From the NCBI GenBank assembly GCA_021158245.1, contig JAGGVB010000058.1, positions 24,349 through 88,348 of the forward strand: a stretch of 64,000 bases of DNA, given 5' to 3'. Position numbers and translations under genes: made by a program. The DNA is from a bacterium (GTDB lineage Bacteria; Zhuqueibacterota; QNDG01). The notes beneath the pieces were generated by a model, which had not been told where the DNA came from, searched no databases, and worked only from the letters and a program-made list of their open reading frames with translations. This document shows, piece by piece, positions 18,823-28,122 of the stretch (the first letter of the stretch is position 1; each line of letters opens with the position of its first letter).

Positions 18823-20016
18823 ATGAGTAACGGAAAAACGCTGGCGTTTGATTTTGCAGATGATGACAATGTCGTTGCAAAAATCAAAGTAATAGGTGTA
18901 GGAGGCGCAGGAGGAAATGCTATAAACCGTATGATTGAGGACGGTCTTACGGGTGTGGAGTTTATAGCAATTAATACTGATAAGCAGGCTCTTGACAACA
19001 ACAAAGCTCCTATGCGCATCCAAATAGGCAAGAATCTCACAAAAGGGCTTGGTGCGGGAGGCAATCCTGAGATGGGCCGAAAGGGGATTGAAGAGAACAA
19101 GGATGCAGTAATTGAGGCTATCTCGTCAACTGACATGGTTTTTATAACCTGCGGTATGGGCGGCGGTACAGGGACCGGAGCCGCACCTGTTGTTGCGGAA
19201 ATAGCAAAAGACCTTGGCGCACTTACTGTTGGAGTTGTTACAAAACCTTTTATGTTTGAAGGGAAAAAGAGGCAGGAGAGAGCTGCTCAGGGTATACAGA
19301 TGCTGAAAGAGAATGTTGATACTCTGATTGTTGTGCCTAACCAGAAACTGATAAGCCTTGTACCGAAACATACTCCTCTCGAACAGGCTTTCAGAGTAGC
19401 CGATGAGATTCTGCTTCATGCGACAAAGGGAATTTCTGATGTTATAAATGTTCCCGGATTGATAAACCTGGATTTTGCAGATGTCAGAACAATAATGAAT
19501 CAGATGGGTGATGCCATAATGGGTTCTTCGGTAGCAAGCGGAGAGAACAGAGCAAAAGAAGCAGCGGAGCAGGCAATATCAAGCCCTCTTATTGATGATG
19601 TATCAATCAGCGGGGCACAGGGAGTGCTTGTTAATATTACAGGCGGAAGCGATTTGAGCCTAAATGATATCAATGAAGCTACATCTGTAATTTATAATGC
19701 AGCAGGTGCTGACGCAAATATTATTTTCGGTGCAGTGATAGATAAAAGCATGAAAGAAGAAGTAAGGGTAACAGTTGTTGCAACCGGATTTCAGAAAAGC
19801 CGTTCAAAAGGCGGATTCAATTTTGGAAACGGACACGAAAAGAGAGATTTGGGCCTTTCGGAAAGTGAAGGAGACATACCGTTAATTAAAAAGTATTCGG
19901 AGGATCCCATTGTAAAAGCCATGGGAGGAGATTCCTTTGGTAATGACGGAGGCTTTTCTTTTGTCAGTAAGGATGATCTTGGAATTCCTGCTTTCATCAG
20001 AAGGAAGTTAGACTGA
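18823..20016 (+). CDS. ftsZ: Cell division GTPase FtsZ
   Basis: Tubulin signature [13 protein letters not shown] and N-terminal [18 protein letters not shown]. Confidence 0.95.
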   Translation: MSNGKTLAFDFADDDNVVAKIKVIGVGGAGGNAINRMIEDGLTGVEFIAINTDKQALDNNKAPMRIQIGKNLTKGLGAGGNPEMGRKGIEENKDAVIEAISSTDMVFITCGMGGGTGTGAAPVVAEIAKDLGALTVGVVTKPFMFEGKKRQERAAQGIQMLKENVDTLIVVPNQKLISLVPKHTPLEQAFRVADEILLHATKGISDVINVPGLINLDFADVRTIMNQMGDAIMGSSVASGENRAKEAAEQAISSPLIDDVSISGAQGVLVNITGGSDLSLNDINEATSVIYNAAGADANIIFGAVIDKSMKEEVRVTVVATGFQKSRSKGGFNFGNGHEKRDLGLSESEGDIPLIKKYSEDPIVKAMGGDSFGNDGGFSFVSKDDLGIPAFIRRKLD

Positions 20017-20022
20017 TTTTAT

Positions 20023-21585
20023 ATGACTTTTCGTCAGAATAGTTCAGGATGGACGAGAGAACGTATAATCAGCTTTCACAGCCGGCTTTTAAATCAGGAA
20101 CTCGGGAAAAAAGAGCTAAAAAAAAGTGCTCTTGTGAAGGCAGTAGTCGTATTCCCCAATACCTACGGTGTAGGAATGGCGAATATGGGATTTCATACGG
20201 TTTATCGTTTTTTCAATGAACATCCGGGAATGTCCTGCGAGCGGGCTTTTTTTGATAAAATGTACGAAAGAAAGCAGGTACTGTCGCTTGAATCATCAAA
20301 GCCTCTGAATAATTTTGATCTGATTGGTTTTTCAGTTTCATTTGAGCTGGATATTATTAATATTATACGAATTCTTGTTCTTTCAAAAATTGCGCTTCTC
20401 TCTTCAAATCGTACAAAGCATGATCCTGTGATAATTGCAGGCGGCCCTGTTACAGGATTAAATCCCTCTCCATTACTGCCCTTTGTGGACGGCCTCCTTA
20501 TGGGCGACGGAGAGGAGGTTTTCAGGCTTATCGGCGATGTAATGACTGAAGCTAAAGAAAACCATCTATCACGTGCAGATATCTTGGAGACTCTGAGTAT
20601 GCTGCCGGGGATGTATGTTGAAGGCAGAACAAAGAAGGTTACGCGTCAGGTTCTTTTAAATCTTGACAAGTATCCGACTTATACACCGATAGTGAGTTCA
20701 AGAAGTCATTTTAAAAATATGTTTGTTACCGAATTAAGCAGAGGATGCCCTAGAAAATGTAAATTCTGTGCGGCAAGAGAGATATACAAACCTTTCAGGT
20801 ACAGGAGTCATGAAACTATTATAGGATCCATTAAAGAGTTTAATCCGGGTGCAAAACGGATAGGGCTTGAAGGGTCTGCTGTATCGGATTATCCGAAATT
20901 AACGGACTTATGCGAAAAGATCCTTGATATGGGATATGATATTTCATTTTCGTCTATCCGAGCTGATAAGATAACAGAGGCAATGCAGGATGTAGTAAAA
21001 CGAAGCAGGCTGCGTACTTTTACAATAGCTCCGGAAGCGGGTTCCGAGCGACTGCGATATTTAATTGGGAAAAAGATAGCTGACAGTGAAATACTAAAAG
21101 GAGTTGAAAAACTTGCGTATACGGAAGTCCGAATATTAAAACTTTATTTTATGATAGGCCTTCCTGAAGAAAAAGATGATGATGCAGAGGCAATTGCAGA
21201 TTTGACAAACAGGATTCAAAAAATATTTTCAGGGTCAAATAAGGGGAAACAAGTGCATTTAAGCATTAACACATTTATTCCAAAGCCTTTTACTCCTTTT
21301 GAATCCGAACCTGTTGCAAGAGAGAGAGATTTGGTAAGAAGGCGCAATATTGTTAAAAAAAGGATTGATAAAAAAATACATGTATCTGCAAAAAGTTCAA
21401 AAAGGGATATACTGCAATCAGTACTTGCTTTGGGAAACAGAGAAACCGGTTTGGCATTAATGGATTCAATACAACAAGGTATTACATGGAAAGAGGCCTT
21501 AATAAACAGAGATATTTTTCTTGATGAAATGATATTTACAGGAAGAGATAAAAGTGCAATAAAGGAGTGGGACTTTATTGATTGA
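20023..21585 (+). CDS. B12-binding-like / radical SAM domain protein, function unknown
   Basis: CxxxCxxC cluster (RGCPRKCKFCAA) about 240 aa from the N-terminus, preceded by a Rossmann-like B12-binding-type region. It lies 7 bp after the ftsZ stop on the same strand. Confidence 0.6.
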   Translation: MTFRQNSSGWTRERIISFHSRLLNQELGKKELKKSALVKAVVVFPNTYGVGMANMGFHTVYRFFNEHPGMSCERAFFDKMYERKQVLSLESSKPLNNFDLIGFSVSFELDIINIIRILVLSKIALLSSNRTKHDPVIIAGGPVTGLNPSPLLPFVDGLLMGDGEEVFRLIGDVMTEAKENHLSRADILETLSMLPGMYVEGRTKKVTRQVLLNLDKYPTYTPIVSSRSHFKNMFVTELSRGCPRKCKFCAAREIYKPFRYRSHETIIGSIKEFNPGAKRIGLEGSAVSDYPKLTDLCEKILDMGYDISFSSIRADKITEAMQDVVKRSRLRTFTIAPEAGSERLRYLIGKKIADSEILKGVEKLAYTEVRILKLYFMIGLPEEKDDDAEAIADLTNRIQKIFSGSNKGKQVHLSINTFIPKPFTPFESEPVARERDLVRRRNIVKKRIDKKIHVSAKSSKRDILQSVLALGNRETGLALMDSIQQGITWKEALINRDIFLDEMIFTGRDKSAIKEWDFID

Positions 21586-21952
21586 AAAGATGAGGAGAGG
21601 AGCCGTGATAAAATCAAGTATTTCAAGGAATTCAATGCCCGATATTTTTCTTTACAAAGGACAGATGGTAATTCCGGATTATGAATTGGCAAGTTATTAT
21701 GGCGTTAATACTGATACATTGCGTGATGTTTTTGCAAAGCATGAAAGTTTGTTTCCGGGAAGTATGGTTTTTTCAGTTAAAGGTTCGGAAAAGAAGAAGA
21801 AAAGTACCACGAACAAGGCATCGGGAACATTACTTTTTACAGAGCAGTCTGCAACACTTATTGCAGGGTTGATTAAAGATACTGAAGCACTTAAAGCTAA
21901 TATGAGACTTTTGAGGCTGTTCAGGCTTCTGGATTATATTGTTGCTACGTAA
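21578..21952 (+). CDS. ORF6N (KilA-N-like) domain protein, putative DNA-binding
   Basis: YKGQMVIPDYELASYYGVNTDTLRDVFAKHESLFPGSMVFSV matches the ORF6N domain pattern (RGQ.VMLD.DLA.LYGV....L...V.RN..RFP..F.F.L). It overlaps the radical-SAM gene end by 8 nt. Confidence 0.45.
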   Translation: MIEKMRRGAVIKSSISRNSMPDIFLYKGQMVIPDYELASYYGVNTDTLRDVFAKHESLFPGSMVFSVKGSEKKKKSTTNKASGTLLFTEQSATLIAGLIKDTEALKANMRLLRLFRLLDYIVAT

Positions 21953-22017
21953 TTAGTGCTTTGCCTGATATTTTTATTTTAATAAACAAGATGTTTCTTT
22001 TAATCCTGTTTAATTGA

Positions 22018-22122
22018 GTGGAAAGTTATAAAGTGGAAAGTTATAAAGTTGAAAGTTGTAAAGTGAAAAGTTATAAAGTGGAAAGTTATAAAGTGGAAAG
22101 TTATAAAGTATAAAGCTGTAAA
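22018..22122. repeat. Tandem repeat, 7 x 15 bp (consensus GTGGAAAGTTATAAA)
   Basis: Read directly: gtggaaagttataaa x2, gttgaaagttgtaaa, gtgaaaagttataaa, gtggaaagttataaa x2, gtataaagctgtaaa; intergenic, upstream of pepF. Confidence 0.9.
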
Positions 22123-22367
22123 GCCTTCCGTTGATCCTCTGTCTATACAAAATTTTCATTTTGTTGTATAGGCCTTAAAACCACCATTGCTTTTTCTGAA
22201 GAGCTGTTTTTGTTAATAACTTAAAAAAGAATTCTATAAAATATTTTGTTTTTAACCTTGATTATTGTAATATTAAAGTTCTTAAATTGTTTCCCTGTTA
22301 ATAGAGATCAGGGAGACAAAGCAGTAAAATTAAAGGTTTAATAAAGGTTTTAAGGAGTTTTATTAAT

Positions 22368-24206
22368 ATGAAAACAGGGATTGTCAAATCACAGACACGA
22401 TCAAGACAAGAAGTATCTCAAGAATACAAGTGGAATCTGTCTGATATATTTCAATCGGATGAATCATGGCAAAAAGCAAAAGATGAATTTATAAAAAAGA
22501 TGGATGGGGTTGTCAAATACAAGAGCAGGCTTGCTTCTTCATCAAAGATATTGCTTGAGTGCCTTGAATTTAACAGCTCTCTTGAAAAAGAATTTTCAAG
22601 GCTCTATTCCTATTCCTCAATGAAATCTGATGAAGATACGAGAAATTCAAAGTATTTGGGTTTTCGTCAGGAGATGTCACAGATTGGTACTGAATATAGT
22701 GCAAAAGCTGCTTTTATTGAACCGGAGATTGCAGCAGTAGATAAAGAGGTGATAAATAATTTTCTCAGGAATGAGCAGGGCCTTAGAAAATATGAGATGT
22801 ACCTGAATGATATTTTTCGCCGTAAGGCTCATAAATTATCTGAGAAGGAGGAGAGAATCCTGGCCCTTGCCGGTATGATTACGGACGGCTCATATACAAT
22901 ATATTCAATATTTTCAAATGCAGAGATGCCTTATCCTGAAGTGAAACTGCATGACGGAACTATTGTGAAAATTGACCAGGCTGGTTTTAGCAGGTACCGT
23001 GCTTTGGCAAACAGGGAAGATAGAATTATAGTATTTGAGAAATTCTGGGAAAACTATAAAAAATTTAAATCCACCCTTGGTGCAGGCCTGTATACAAATG
23101 TAAAGAAAGATATGTTCTACGCAAAAAGCAGAGGTTATAAATCATCTCTCGAAGCAGCCCTTGATGTAAACAATATTTCGGTTTCAGTATATATATCTCT
23201 TATCAATAATGTCAATAAAAATATCGAAACGCTGTACAGGTATCTTAAAATAAAAAAAAGGCTTCTCAAAGTCGATACACTCCATTACTATGATCTCTAT
23301 GCACCGGCAGTTAAGAGTGTGGATCTTGAATTCAGTTATGACCAGGCTCGTCAGATTGTGATAGATGCACTTAAACCGCTTGGTGAAGAATATTTGTCAG
23401 TTGTAAATCGGGCATTTATTGAGAAATGGATTGATGTTTATCCTACAACCGGAAAACGTTCCGGTGCTTACAGCAATGACGGCGGATATGATGTTCATCC
23501 GTATATGCTTCTAAATTATAATGGAAAGTACAATGATGTAAGCACTTTGATTCATGAAATGGGACATTCCATGCATACTTATTTATCAAACAAAAATCAG
23601 CCTTTCCCTACGGCAGATTATTCTATTTTTGTTGCAGAGGTTGCATCTACTCTTAATGAGGCCCTTCTTATGAATAAGATGCTTTCCGAAATTGAGGATT
23701 CCGATATTAGATTGTCTCTGCTTATGGAGTATCTTGACGGAGTAAAAGGCACTCTCTTCCGTCAGACACAGTTTGCTGAGTTCGAACTGAAGATTCATGA
23801 AAAAGCTGAAAAGGGAGAGCCTCTTACAGGTGATGCACTGACTGAAATTTATATTGATATGCTGAAGAGATACTACGGCCATGATAAGGGCTTTTGTTTT
23901 ATAGATGATATGGCAGGAGTAGAGTGGGCATATATCCCTCATTTTTATTATAATTTTTATGTATATCAGTATGCGACTTCTTTTACTGCTTCCACAGCCC
24001 TTGCACTGAAGGTGATCAACAAAGAAAAGGGTGCAAAGGAAAAAGTAATTAAATTTTTATCAGCCGGGTGTTCTGAATATCCTATTGATGTCTTGAAAGT
24101 TGCAGGCGTTGATATGAACAGTTTGGAACCTTTTGATTTAACCGTTAAATATGTAAATAATGTTATGGATGAAATTGAAAAAATTTTGGCTGAGAGGGGA
24201 GAATAA
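22368..24206 (+). CDS. pepF: Oligoendopeptidase F (M3B family)
   Basis: 612 aa, HEMGH zinc motif (TLIHEMGHSMHTY), full-length PepF-like architecture. Confidence 0.85.
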   Translation: MKTGIVKSQTRSRQEVSQEYKWNLSDIFQSDESWQKAKDEFIKKMDGVVKYKSRLASSSKILLECLEFNSSLEKEFSRLYSYSSMKSDEDTRNSKYLGFRQEMSQIGTEYSAKAAFIEPEIAAVDKEVINNFLRNEQGLRKYEMYLNDIFRRKAHKLSEKEERILALAGMITDGSYTIYSIFSNAEMPYPEVKLHDGTIVKIDQAGFSRYRALANREDRIIVFEKFWENYKKFKSTLGAGLYTNVKKDMFYAKSRGYKSSLEAALDVNNISVSVYISLINNVNKNIETLYRYLKIKKRLLKVDTLHYYDLYAPAVKSVDLEFSYDQARQIVIDALKPLGEEYLSVVNRAFIEKWIDVYPTTGKRSGAYSNDGGYDVHPYMLLNYNGKYNDVSTLIHEMGHSMHTYLSNKNQPFPTADYSIFVAEVASTLNEALLMNKMLSEIEDSDIRLSLLMEYLDGVKGTLFRQTQFAEFELKIHEKAEKGEPLTGDALTEIYIDMLKRYYGHDKGFCFIDDMAGVEWAYIPHFYYNFYVYQYATSFTASTALALKVINKEKGAKEKVIKFLSAGCSEYPIDVLKVAGVDMNSLEPFDLTVKYVNNVMDEIEKILAERGE

Positions 24207-24281
24207 ATCTATCTGTTTAAAGATTTACAAAGGTCAGTGCCCTTAGATTGTTTCTTAGATTAAGAATGTTTTGCTCGTGAA

Positions 24282-25235
24282 TCAATTGTGCAGTTTCCCT
24301 AATCCTTTAATCAGTTTTACAAAAAAGTTTTCTCTCCTTAAGAATTGGAGGATTAAATCCGATATTTTGGATGTCCTCAAATAACCGAATGATTTATGGT
24401 GATTTTCTCTGTTCTTAAATACATAATCATTATATACTAACTGATCTTTTACTTTTACACCGGATTTATTTTTTCTGTATTTTGAAGCAAGAGTGTATTT
24501 AAGCGGTATTTTGTCCTCCGGATCGTAAAGATTTATCCATTGCCCTTTAATTGATTCCGGTATAGGCAGAGTTTTAACGGAATTTCTCAGCCTATGCTCC
24601 TTTTTTATTTTTTCCATTATAACAGGGATCCCGAGAGGAGAGCCTATGGTGACAAAGGTGTCGATATTCAAAATGTCCTGTTTTTTAAAAAGCACATCGT
24701 AGGCAATAATTGAACCCATTGAGTGGGCAATCAGCATAATTTTCTTTTTACGATTTTTATAAAGAACATCAAACAGACGATTTTGAATTTTTTCCCTGAC
24801 TCCGTTATCATCTGCAGATTCAGGAGAGTAGTACACATTGAGATCTTTAAACAAGTGCTTAATAAGAATGTCAGTAATGTCGGAGAAATTAATTGTGAGG
24901 TCGCTGTTTAAAAAAACTTTGGCAAATTGAGTTTCAAACAGCTCTACAATTTTATTGCTTATATTTTCATGCTCGTCATTATTAAAGCCGATACGAAGAG
25001 AGGGAACATAAGGTTCTGCAAGAAAAAGATGATGTGCAGGGTCTGTTTCAAATGCATCAAGAGGCTCTTTATGAAGAATATCAGCCCAATAAACAAGATA
25101 AAATGGAATCTGTTTCAATTTTCTTTTTTTATTCCATTCCAATCCTTCGATTATTGAATCTTTCCACCATTGTTCGAGAATTTGAACAGAAGGTTTGTTC
25201 TTCAGCCCGTGAATACCAATAATAATTTTTTTCAT
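24282..25235 (-). CDS. Alpha/beta-hydrolase, lipase/esterase-like (GXSXG nucleophile), no signal peptide
   Basis: N-terminal IGIHGL oxyanion-type motif, AHSMGS nucleophile elbow, IGSPLG downstream; resembles DUF676/PGAP1-type serine hydrolases. Confidence 0.5.
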   Translation of the reverse strand: MKKIIIGIHGLKNKPSVQILEQWWKDSIIEGLEWNKKRKLKQIPFYLVYWADILHKEPLDAFETDPAHHLFLAEPYVPSLRIGFNNDEHENISNKIVELFETQFAKVFLNSDLTINFSDITDILIKHLFKDLNVYYSPESADDNGVREKIQNRLFDVLYKNRKKKIMLIAHSMGSIIAYDVLFKKQDILNIDTFVTIGSPLGIPVIMEKIKKEHRLRNSVKTLPIPESIKGQWINLYDPEDKIPLKYTLASKYRKNKSGVKVKDQLVYNDYVFKNRENHHKSFGYLRTSKISDLILQFLRRENFFVKLIKGLGKLHN

Positions 25236-25247
25236 CTATACTCTGAT

Positions 25248-26141
25248 TCAGTCCTTGTCATTGTACCACCATTTTAGGAAGGGAAGTTCAAATTGAGAAA
25301 AAAGTTGTACTTCTCCTGCAATAAACCCGAGAACCAGTCCGGTGCGTGCAAAACCGTATATCTGCTGCCAAACAATATACAGAATGCTTCCAAAGGCTGT
25401 ATCAGGAGGAATAATCTTTATAATAGCAAGATAAATCAGGGTCAGGGCAATTGCTGCCGCAAAAAAAATAAAAAACAGACTGAGAGTTTTAAAAGGGTAA
25501 CGGAAAACAAATCTCCACCCTTCTTTTATTGAAGTTCTCATAACTCTGTTTTTAGTAAAAATTGTTCTTATCTGTGCAAAATCAAATGCTATTTTTACTA
25601 ATACCATGAGAGAACCGATAATAAGTATCTGTATAATAAGCAGAAGAAGTATCAATGATTCCGAATCAGCAGCAATGCTTTTTGCAAGAGCTGACAGAGG
25701 AATATTGAGAAGCAGAACAGGAATCAAAAACAGGATAGAGAAGAGAAAAAGCCTGATGAACCTGAAAAAGTAAAAGGAAGAATCCTTAAAAAATCCTGCA
25801 AAGGTAAATTTGTCCTCTTTTCCCATGAAGAATGATATTATACCGCCTTTAAGGAACATGTAGAAGAAAAGAAAAAAGAACAGCAGCCATATCAGCAGCA
25901 ATCCTGCAAATTGAACTGCTCCCTGGTTATATATATTAAATTCAGTAATGGAAATAGATATTATTCCTCCAGAAAAAATAGAGCCTGCGCTTAAACTCCT
26001 GCCTGCAAAGTCCCTGAATTCAGATGAAAGCGGTATTCCAATAAAAATGCTTAAAATCAGCTGAGATAAAAAGATGAAAAGCCACAATTTTATGTTGCCG
26101 AATACCTTTTTAATTGAGCTGTAAAATATTTTTATAACCAT
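25248..26141 (-). CDS. Polytopic integral membrane protein, unknown function
   Basis: About 8 hydrophobic helices and no recognisable catalytic motif; 12-bp gap to the hydrolase gene and 14-bp gap to the M1 peptidase gene. Confidence 0.4.
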   Translation of the reverse strand: MVIKIFYSSIKKVFGNIKLWLFIFLSQLILSIFIGIPLSSEFRDFAGRSLSAGSIFSGGIISISITEFNIYNQGAVQFAGLLLIWLLFFFLFFYMFLKGGIISFFMGKEDKFTFAGFFKDSSFYFFRFIRLFLFSILFLIPVLLLNIPLSALAKSIAADSESLILLLLIIQILIIGSLMVLVKIAFDFAQIRTIFTKNRVMRTSIKEGWRFVFRYPFKTLSLFFIFFAAAIALTLIYLAIIKIIPPDTAFGSILYIVWQQIYGFARTGLVLGFIAGEVQLFSQFELPFLKWWYNDKD

Positions 26142-26155
26142 GATTCCCTCTGCAG

Positions 26156-28072
26156 TTAAATAATAAGCGTGATTATATGAAATATTGCCTGATAGAATGA
26201 AATTAAATTAGAAGTGAAGTACAGAATGGGCCTGTTTTTTATTTCAGCGGTTTTAGAATTGTTTGTATGATTTGAATCAAGCAGAAGTTTTCCGCCAGGA
26301 TCTACGGCAGCAGAGAGGATTTTGTCAGGTCTTATAAAAGTGTATTTTTTCCATCTGTCTTTACCGTCCCAGGCGAATTTCAATGAATCCCCGCTGTCAA
26401 ATACAATTAGTACATCAACAGGGAGCACAGCTTCTCCTTTTCGGTAAATTTTCACAACAGAGCGGAATAGATTTTTTTTGCTGTTTAATTCTGTTTTTGC
26501 GGAATCTGAGAATATGCCTTTGGGTTTACGTACTTTATGACAGAAGGCAGATTCAACCTTATAATCAAGTTCAAGGGAATTTTTTAAAAATTGATCAAAA
26601 TAAAAATTATAGTCCTTCCCTGTTACTTCATTTACAATTTTTATAAAATCCTCAGAATGGGGGTGTTTAAATTTCCAGCGGTCAAAGTACGTGCGGAATA
26701 TTTTTTTCATATTATCAGTGCCGATAATGTTTTCAAGAGTTCTCAGCATAAGTACAGATTTCTGGTAGGAGAAAAGAGAATAACCTCCGCCTATATAGGT
26801 CCATGACGGCCTCAGTATTCTGTCAAGCCTTGCTTTGCCTATGTACGCGGAGCGGGCATTGGAAATTTCTCCGATTTTTATTCCTGCAAAGTCTATCAGG
26901 GATGTTTCTTGTCCGTAATACTTGTCCATTATTTTAGATTCAAAATAGCTGTTAATTCCTTCATCAAGCCATGCTTCCTCAAATTCGTTGCTCCCTACAA
27001 TGCCGTACCAGAATTGATGGCCGAATTCATGGACAACAACCATCTCTACAAATCTCAGGCCTTTGGGTATATTCCAGATAGTACCGCCTGTAATAAACTG
27101 GGGGTATTCCATTCCGGATGCCCTGAATGCTCCTGTAGGAGGATGCAGTATTGTGATATGGCTGTAAGGATATTTTCCTGCCCATTCTTCAAAGAAATCG
27201 AGGTCATGTCTGATTGCAGTAAAACTGCGTTCTACTGAAGATTCATGGTCTTTTTCATAAATCAGAGAGATTCTGATGCCTTTGTAAGTTATCTCTTTTT
27301 TTAGAAAATGGGGCCATGCTGTCCATGCAAAATCATGAACATCTTCGGCATAAAAAGTCACTTTTTTTGAGCTGTCAATTTGTTTTACATCGGTTTTTAT
27401 TCCTGTTGCTTCAATCTTAAAATTTGAAGGAAGAGTTATGCTTACGTTATACTTTCCATAATCTGAAAAGAATTCACTGTTTCTATGAAATTGATGGCAG
27501 TTCCATTTTCCGTTTTTTTCAAATACACCAACTTTTGGGAACCATTGCCCTGCGAGAAAGAAATTTTTATAAAATCCTGTTCTTGCGTAAATTGGAGGGA
27601 ACTGAGTTGTAAAATTCAGGTTGAGAGTTATTGAGGCTCCGGGGAGTACCGGCCTTTTGAGTTTGAGCAATGCAACTGTCCTGTCATAAGAATTGCTGTC
27701 ATCCGGCTGAACAAAATAAAGATTTCCCGTTAAATCTATTCCCCTGTAATCGGATATATGATTTATCTTAACCCATCCCCATTGATTTTTTTTCTCAAGG
27801 AGTTTTGCCTTTCCGCCTGCTTCTTTAATAAATGTTGAATAGTTATTTTTAAAAGCATTCATGTAGAGATGAAAATATATCTCTTTGGCAGGTTTTGATG
27901 TGATGTTTTTCCAAATAATGGTTTCTTTGCCGGAAATTTGCTTCTTTTGTACATCAAGAGTTACATCAATAGTGTAAGAAGCATTCCTCGGACTTCGCGG
28001 AGCAGATGATTGAGACCAGAGTAGTGAGTGGAGGATGAGGATAAAAATGCATATTCGAAGATGCTGTTTCAT
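26156..28072 (-). CDS. Secreted M1-family zinc metallopeptidase (aminopeptidase N-like)
   Basis: N-terminal signal peptide, gluzincin motif HEFGHQFWYG followed by WLDEGINSY (third zinc-ligand Glu). Confidence 0.8.
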   Translation of the reverse strand: MKQHLRICIFILILHSLLWSQSSAPRSPRNASYTIDVTLDVQKKQISGKETIIWKNITSKPAKEIYFHLYMNAFKNNYSTFIKEAGGKAKLLEKKNQWGWVKINHISDYRGIDLTGNLYFVQPDDSNSYDRTVALLKLKRPVLPGASITLNLNFTTQFPPIYARTGFYKNFFLAGQWFPKVGVFEKNGKWNCHQFHRNSEFFSDYGKYNVSITLPSNFKIEATGIKTDVKQIDSSKKVTFYAEDVHDFAWTAWPHFLKKEITYKGIRISLIYEKDHESSVERSFTAIRHDLDFFEEWAGKYPYSHITILHPPTGAFRASGMEYPQFITGGTIWNIPKGLRFVEMVVVHEFGHQFWYGIVGSNEFEEAWLDEGINSYFESKIMDKYYGQETSLIDFAGIKIGEISNARSAYIGKARLDRILRPSWTYIGGGYSLFSYQKSVLMLRTLENIIGTDNMKKIFRTYFDRWKFKHPHSEDFIKIVNEVTGKDYNFYFDQFLKNSLELDYKVESAFCHKVRKPKGIFSDSAKTELNSKKNLFRSVVKIYRKGEAVLPVDVLIVFDSGDSLKFAWDGKDRWKKYTFIRPDKILSAAVDPGGKLLLDSNHTNNSKTAEIKNRPILYFTSNLISFYQAIFHIITLII

Positions 28073-28122
28073 AGTACCTCTCCCTGAAAAATTGCCCTTT
28101 GTTCATGATTAATATTATGCTG

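Noticed and set aside
22018-22122. Possibility that the tandem repeats are a CRISPR array
   Set aside because: The units are directly tandem with no unique spacers and are only 15 bp; there are no cas genes in the window.
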